Positions 60,157 through 64,000 of a stretch of DNA of 64,000 nucleotides are shown here, piece after piece. The notes beneath the pieces were generated by a model that did no database searches, was not told where the DNA came from, and worked only from the letters and a program-made list of their open reading frames with translations. This DNA comes from Scyliorhinus canicula (lineage: Eukaryota). How positions within the stretch are numbered: position 1 is the first letter of the stretch; each line of letters begins with the position of its first letter. A program made the translations under genes and the position numbers. The stretch spans positions 114,802,636 through 114,866,635 of the forward strand of contig NC_052161.1 of the NCBI RefSeq assembly GCF_902713615.1, read 5' to 3'.

Positions 60157-61769
60157 TCAGGGACTTATCCTTGAGAGTCTGAGGAATTCCTCCGGGAAAT
60201 CATCCTTTGGTCCAATGTCCTCATACACATTTCTGGCATCTACTAAGTCCTGCTTGTCTAACTGGGAAAGCCGCTGCAGCATCTGCGGCATCACAGAGGC
60301 GCCTAAACGATTACAAAAGCATTTAACACAGGTTACAATGATACATAGCAAAAGGCAAATAACGATATAGATAATAAATCCATGAAACAGATAAGTGGTC
60401 CAGGAACTAGACCACAGTCCTCCCCACCAGTCATCCGAGGAGGACTGGCGGAGTCTCTTTACCCCATCCCTAATGTGGTCCACTAGGTGAGTAATGTTTT
60501 CCGAGCTATCAGGGATAGAAGTACAGCACTCAGAACCCACTACAGCACACGGAGCCATGTGGTTCTGTAAGGCAACCGTCCGAACAGCTACTAACTCTGT
60601 TGAGCTCACTGAGCCCTTCCGCGGTATCATTATCCACCTGCTCCAATATATCCCGGAGCTCTAATACTGCCGAACTGCGGCCAAAGGACAGTAGCTATCA
60701 CCTCCCAAGGCACAAGGGACCTAGTGGTTTGGGCATGGGGATGTTTGGATAGATCTGTATAATGGGTGATGCCAGGGACTACAAAACCCATATAGCAAGA
60801 ACCCGACTAATTTTCCGGCAACCAGGGATATGCTTTATGCCCGCATATAAAATAAGTATCATTGTACGAGGTCAAGTTCCCCTTGGCATCCGTCGTCATG
60901 ATTCTAGTCGGCTCCCCCCTCCAGGGGCCGCCACTTGTATGGTTTTCTATTGCTGACCAATTAAAGGTGAACAAGCCTTTTTGTGTAAGATTAGTTATGG
61001 GTGGTTGCCAAATCAAGGTCTGGGTACATTGGCTGGTACCTACCGGGTGGGTCCCATTGGCATGATCCTTTTTAAAACATATACTACCTTTTGGAAATTT
61101 AGCATACTTGGGGGGGATCAGGTAGGGCGGCTGACGGGTTACAGTAAATTTTGGCCACCACCATCCTTTAAATCTGCTCATATTGAACCCGGCCGATCGC
61201 CAATCTATCATATCTTGTGTATCATTATCAGGATCGGTGCGATTACGTCGCAGAGCCTATTCTGCGACCTCCTCGATCAAATAGGAATGAGGGACCAAAG
61301 GAATACCCCCATGGGCATGGCTAGGAACATGCGTACATACCCAACAAGAGGAGACATTTAATTTCTTTGCATAAGTATAAGACATAAACAGGAATGAATT
61401 TGCAGTCACATGGTGCGTTGCCCGCTTCCTCCTGGTAGGCGGGTGAGTATGGATAGTCTTACATTCAGGAACTCGTGGCTTGCCTTTCCTCGTACACCGG
61501 TAGTCCCACCGGCAAGCGTAGCGATCGCAGGTCAGGGATCCGCGGGTAGTCAGGAACCGAGGCTTCTGCTCGTCTTGATGAATGATGGTGGTGCAGGTAT
61601 CTACCGGGGTCGCCGTCCACAAGGTCTCATCTGTGGTGCTGTTGGCACAGCTAAAGGTGTCCTCACGACAAAGGTGCAGAATTCGTCCGCCGGGTCTACA
61701 TCGCCGGCCGCTAGTGAATGTAAACTGGATGGCGCTGGCGAGGATCACTAGTAAAAAGAGCAGCTTCAT
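60157..61769 (-). pseudogene. env: ERV env pseudogene (gamma-type)
   Basis: Signal peptide MKLLFLLVILASA, CWVC, WLPEN*SGSCY, LQN, CX6CC (CAVVGSECC) and a TM helix; in-frame TAGs at 61257 and 60807, plus frameshifts near 60660-60600. Confidence 0.9.
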
Positions 61770-61835
61770 CGTGGGGTCCTGCTCCTATTCCGAGTAAGGT
61801 CGTATGTACCTAAAACTTAAAACGAGAGTTAATAA

Positions 61836-63510
61836 TCACGAAAACTTCACTAGCTTACAGTGGTGGGTGTGAATCCACGCATTGCGTCCTTCAACTTTGA
61901 CTGCCGTGGGGGTGGTTAGGAGAACTTGGAACGGTCCTTCCCAACGTGGTTCCAACCCCTTCTGTGTCCAATTGCGGATCGTCACATGATCTCCCGGTTG
62001 TACAATATCGGAGCTAGCTAAGGGTGGCACTTCCTCTTGCGTGGCACGTACTCGTAAGTGGAGACTCTTTAATACTTTAGTCAAGGCTATTATGTAATTA
62101 GCCATTTCTGTAGTCATGTGGTGGAACTGGACCTCTTGGGGAATCTCATAATCCCATGGAGTGCGGAGAGGTCTTCCATACAGGATTTCTGCAGGGCTTA
62201 ATCGAGTCTTTCCTGCTGGGGTGGCTCTTATTTGAAAGAGTGCAGTAGGTAATAGTTTGAGCCAAGTGGCTCCAGTCTCTGCTTGTAATTTAAAAAGCTT
62301 AGTCTTTAAAGTCTGGTTAGCTCTTTCCACTATCCCAGCTGCCTGGGGTCTGTAGGCGCAGTATAACTGCTGTTTAATTCCCAGTTGAGTGCAGAATTCT
62401 TTATCAATCTGTCCCACAGAGTGAGGTCCATTATCAGAGCTTAAACAATAGGGAATTCCAAATCTTGGTACAATTTCATGCATAAGAACTTTTACTACAG
62501 TTGAAGCCTTATTATCTACAGTAGGATAGGCCTCTATCCATTTACTAAACACATCAACAATCACTAATACATGCTTATAACACTGGCATCTTTCCAACTC
62601 AATGTAGTCCAGTTGCAGGGTCTCAAAGGGACCCTCGGGCAATGGTGTTTTCCCCTGCTCGCAGGGGACAGCCTTCCCAGGGTTATACTGCTGACATATC
62701 AAGCAGTGACTGCTAATCCGTTGGGCTATCTCCTGCAGTCTGGGATGCCACCAGGTTTTTAACAATATATCACCTGTAGCGCGAGCACCACAGTGAGTTG
62801 CAAAGTGTACACATTCGGCCACCCAGGCTGCCAAAGCATCGGGCATACATGTCTGCCCTGCTGGGGTGACCCACAGCTTACTTTCTTTATCATATGTACA
62901 TCCCAATTCTTCCCATAACTTTTTATCGCTAGCAGGAGCGTCCTCCTGTAGCTGGATTACGTCAGTAATGGTCGGCATAGGTTTTTCAGAGGGAGACTTG
63001 TCTTTTGAGCTTTTAGTCTGGCTCATCATTTTAGGCACTACCATTTCCTTTGAATGGGAGGCTTCTTTTGCTTGGTGGTCTGCCTGCCTATTTCCTTCAT
63101 CTACTGGAGTTTTTCCTTTTGTATGGGCAGTACACTTTATCACTGCTACCTTTTCTGGGAGCATAAGAGCTTGGAGTAACTGTGTTACTAGCTGCTGATG
63201 GGAAATTGGGGTGCCAGCGGATGTTAAGAATCCTCTGTTCTTCCATAATTGTCCAAAATCATGTACGACTCCAAAGGCATATCTGGAGTCTGTATAAATA
63301 TTTACTTTTTTGCCTGCTCCTAGTGCGCATGCGCGTTTTAGTGCGAACAATTCTGCTTGCTGGGCCGAGAATAGAGTTTCAAATCCTGCTGATTCTACTG
63401 TCTCCCCACCCTGGTTGATTATAGCATATCCTGATAACCGCTCCCCCCTTTCACCGATGGAAGCACTTCCATCTCTGAACATGGTCAGGTCTGGGTCGTT
63501 AAGAGGGTGA
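61836..63510 (-). CDS. pol: ERV pol, RNase H + integrase region, open frame
   Basis: DGS, SAQQAEL, YTDSRY, GNRQAD (RNase H); H-H-C-C zinc motif; LQLDY, SDNG-X35-E catalytic triad; WEGPF. Confidence 0.93.
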
Positions 63511-64000
63511 AAATTCAAAACTTAAGATTTGTAAGTTCCAATTAAAATACATCTTCAGCTGTGTGGACTGTTCATTACTTTATCAGAATTAAAAGGACCA
63601 GAGCTCAGGCAAACCAGCATGAGAGTGTCAAGACATCTTCTGGATTACACACAAAAGCTTGTTGAAAGGGTTAATTGTCTTGCAGAGACAAAAAGGGGCG
63701 TATAGTGGGTGGATAAATTGGAATGATGCCATTCGGACCTCTAAACTTATTTTTAAAATATTTTTCACTCAAATGGACTGGGAGTAAAAGTTGGAGTGCT
63801 GCCAAATTCCCGTTATCAAGTCTTTCAGCGAACACAATATGTTATTGAAACTCTGAGTGAACCAATTTTGCGTTGATCATGGACATATTTCATTTACCCA
63901 TCTGTTGTTTATAAGTAATTCTGCAATCTCATAATTAAAACATCTGAGTTGTGAGACAGGTTAGTTTTACCCTATTGATGATTATTTGTGTCAGGGAAGT

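Larger units (their letters stand above)
59608..63510 (-). mobile_element. Endogenous retrovirus (class I, gamma/epsilon-like): pol 3' part, decayed env, 3' LTR
   Basis: LTR 59608-60121 with perfect 10-bp inverted ends (TGAGAATGTG..CACATTCTCA); PPT AAGGGGGGAA at 60122-60131; pol then env order; similarity stops abruptly near 63510. Confidence 0.95.

Noticed and set aside
60807-61259. APOBEC-type G-to-A hypermutation (two likely TGG>TAG stops in env)
   Set aside because: Only two events; Trp-codon stops also occur in the CR1s here (27827 and 45257), and the Trp codons of pol are intact.
63520-64000. Possible exon of the plus-strand gene after the ag at ~63558
   Set aside because: Short open frame with no recognisable similarity and no convincing donor; may be another repeat.
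1-64000. CRISPR arrays, rRNA genes or prokaryotic systems
   Set aside because: No regularly spaced repeats or rRNA-like sequence; the window is spliceosomal-intron-containing vertebrate DNA.

Overview
Vertebrate genomic DNA, most likely a cartilaginous fish (shark), judged from HE1-like tRNA-SINEs that share tails with CR1 LINEs, DeuSINE-like and Penelope-like repeats. The host genes are: ZMYND12 exons 1-2 (minus strand; the rest lies left of the window), head-to-head with a complete 3-exon PPCS (plus); a complete 16-coding-exon UTP3/SAS10 (minus, 475 aa, reconstructed exon by exon); and the first micro-exon of a divergent plus-strand gene (CCDC30 by synteny inference only). Introns are packed with mobile DNA: two near-full-length L1-clade LINEs in inverted orientation around ZMYND12 exon 2, truncated L1s, CR1s, an internally deleted Gypsy LTR element, a Harbinger-like MITE, many SINEs, and an endogenous retrovirus (open pol 3' part, decayed env, 3' LTR). 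The most notable signals are (i) five degenerate minimal type-I hammerhead-ribozyme motifs in two short Penelope-like repeat families, (ii) the inverted L1 pair with a ~189-bp perfectly identical tract suggestive of gene conversion, (iii) one SINE head carrying three alternative tails with different insertion signatures, (iv) an L1 target-site duplication that copies a likely branch point, and (v) an ERV env with an extra N-terminal Cys-rich segment ending in a furin-type site. All coordinates were read by eye; no searches were run.
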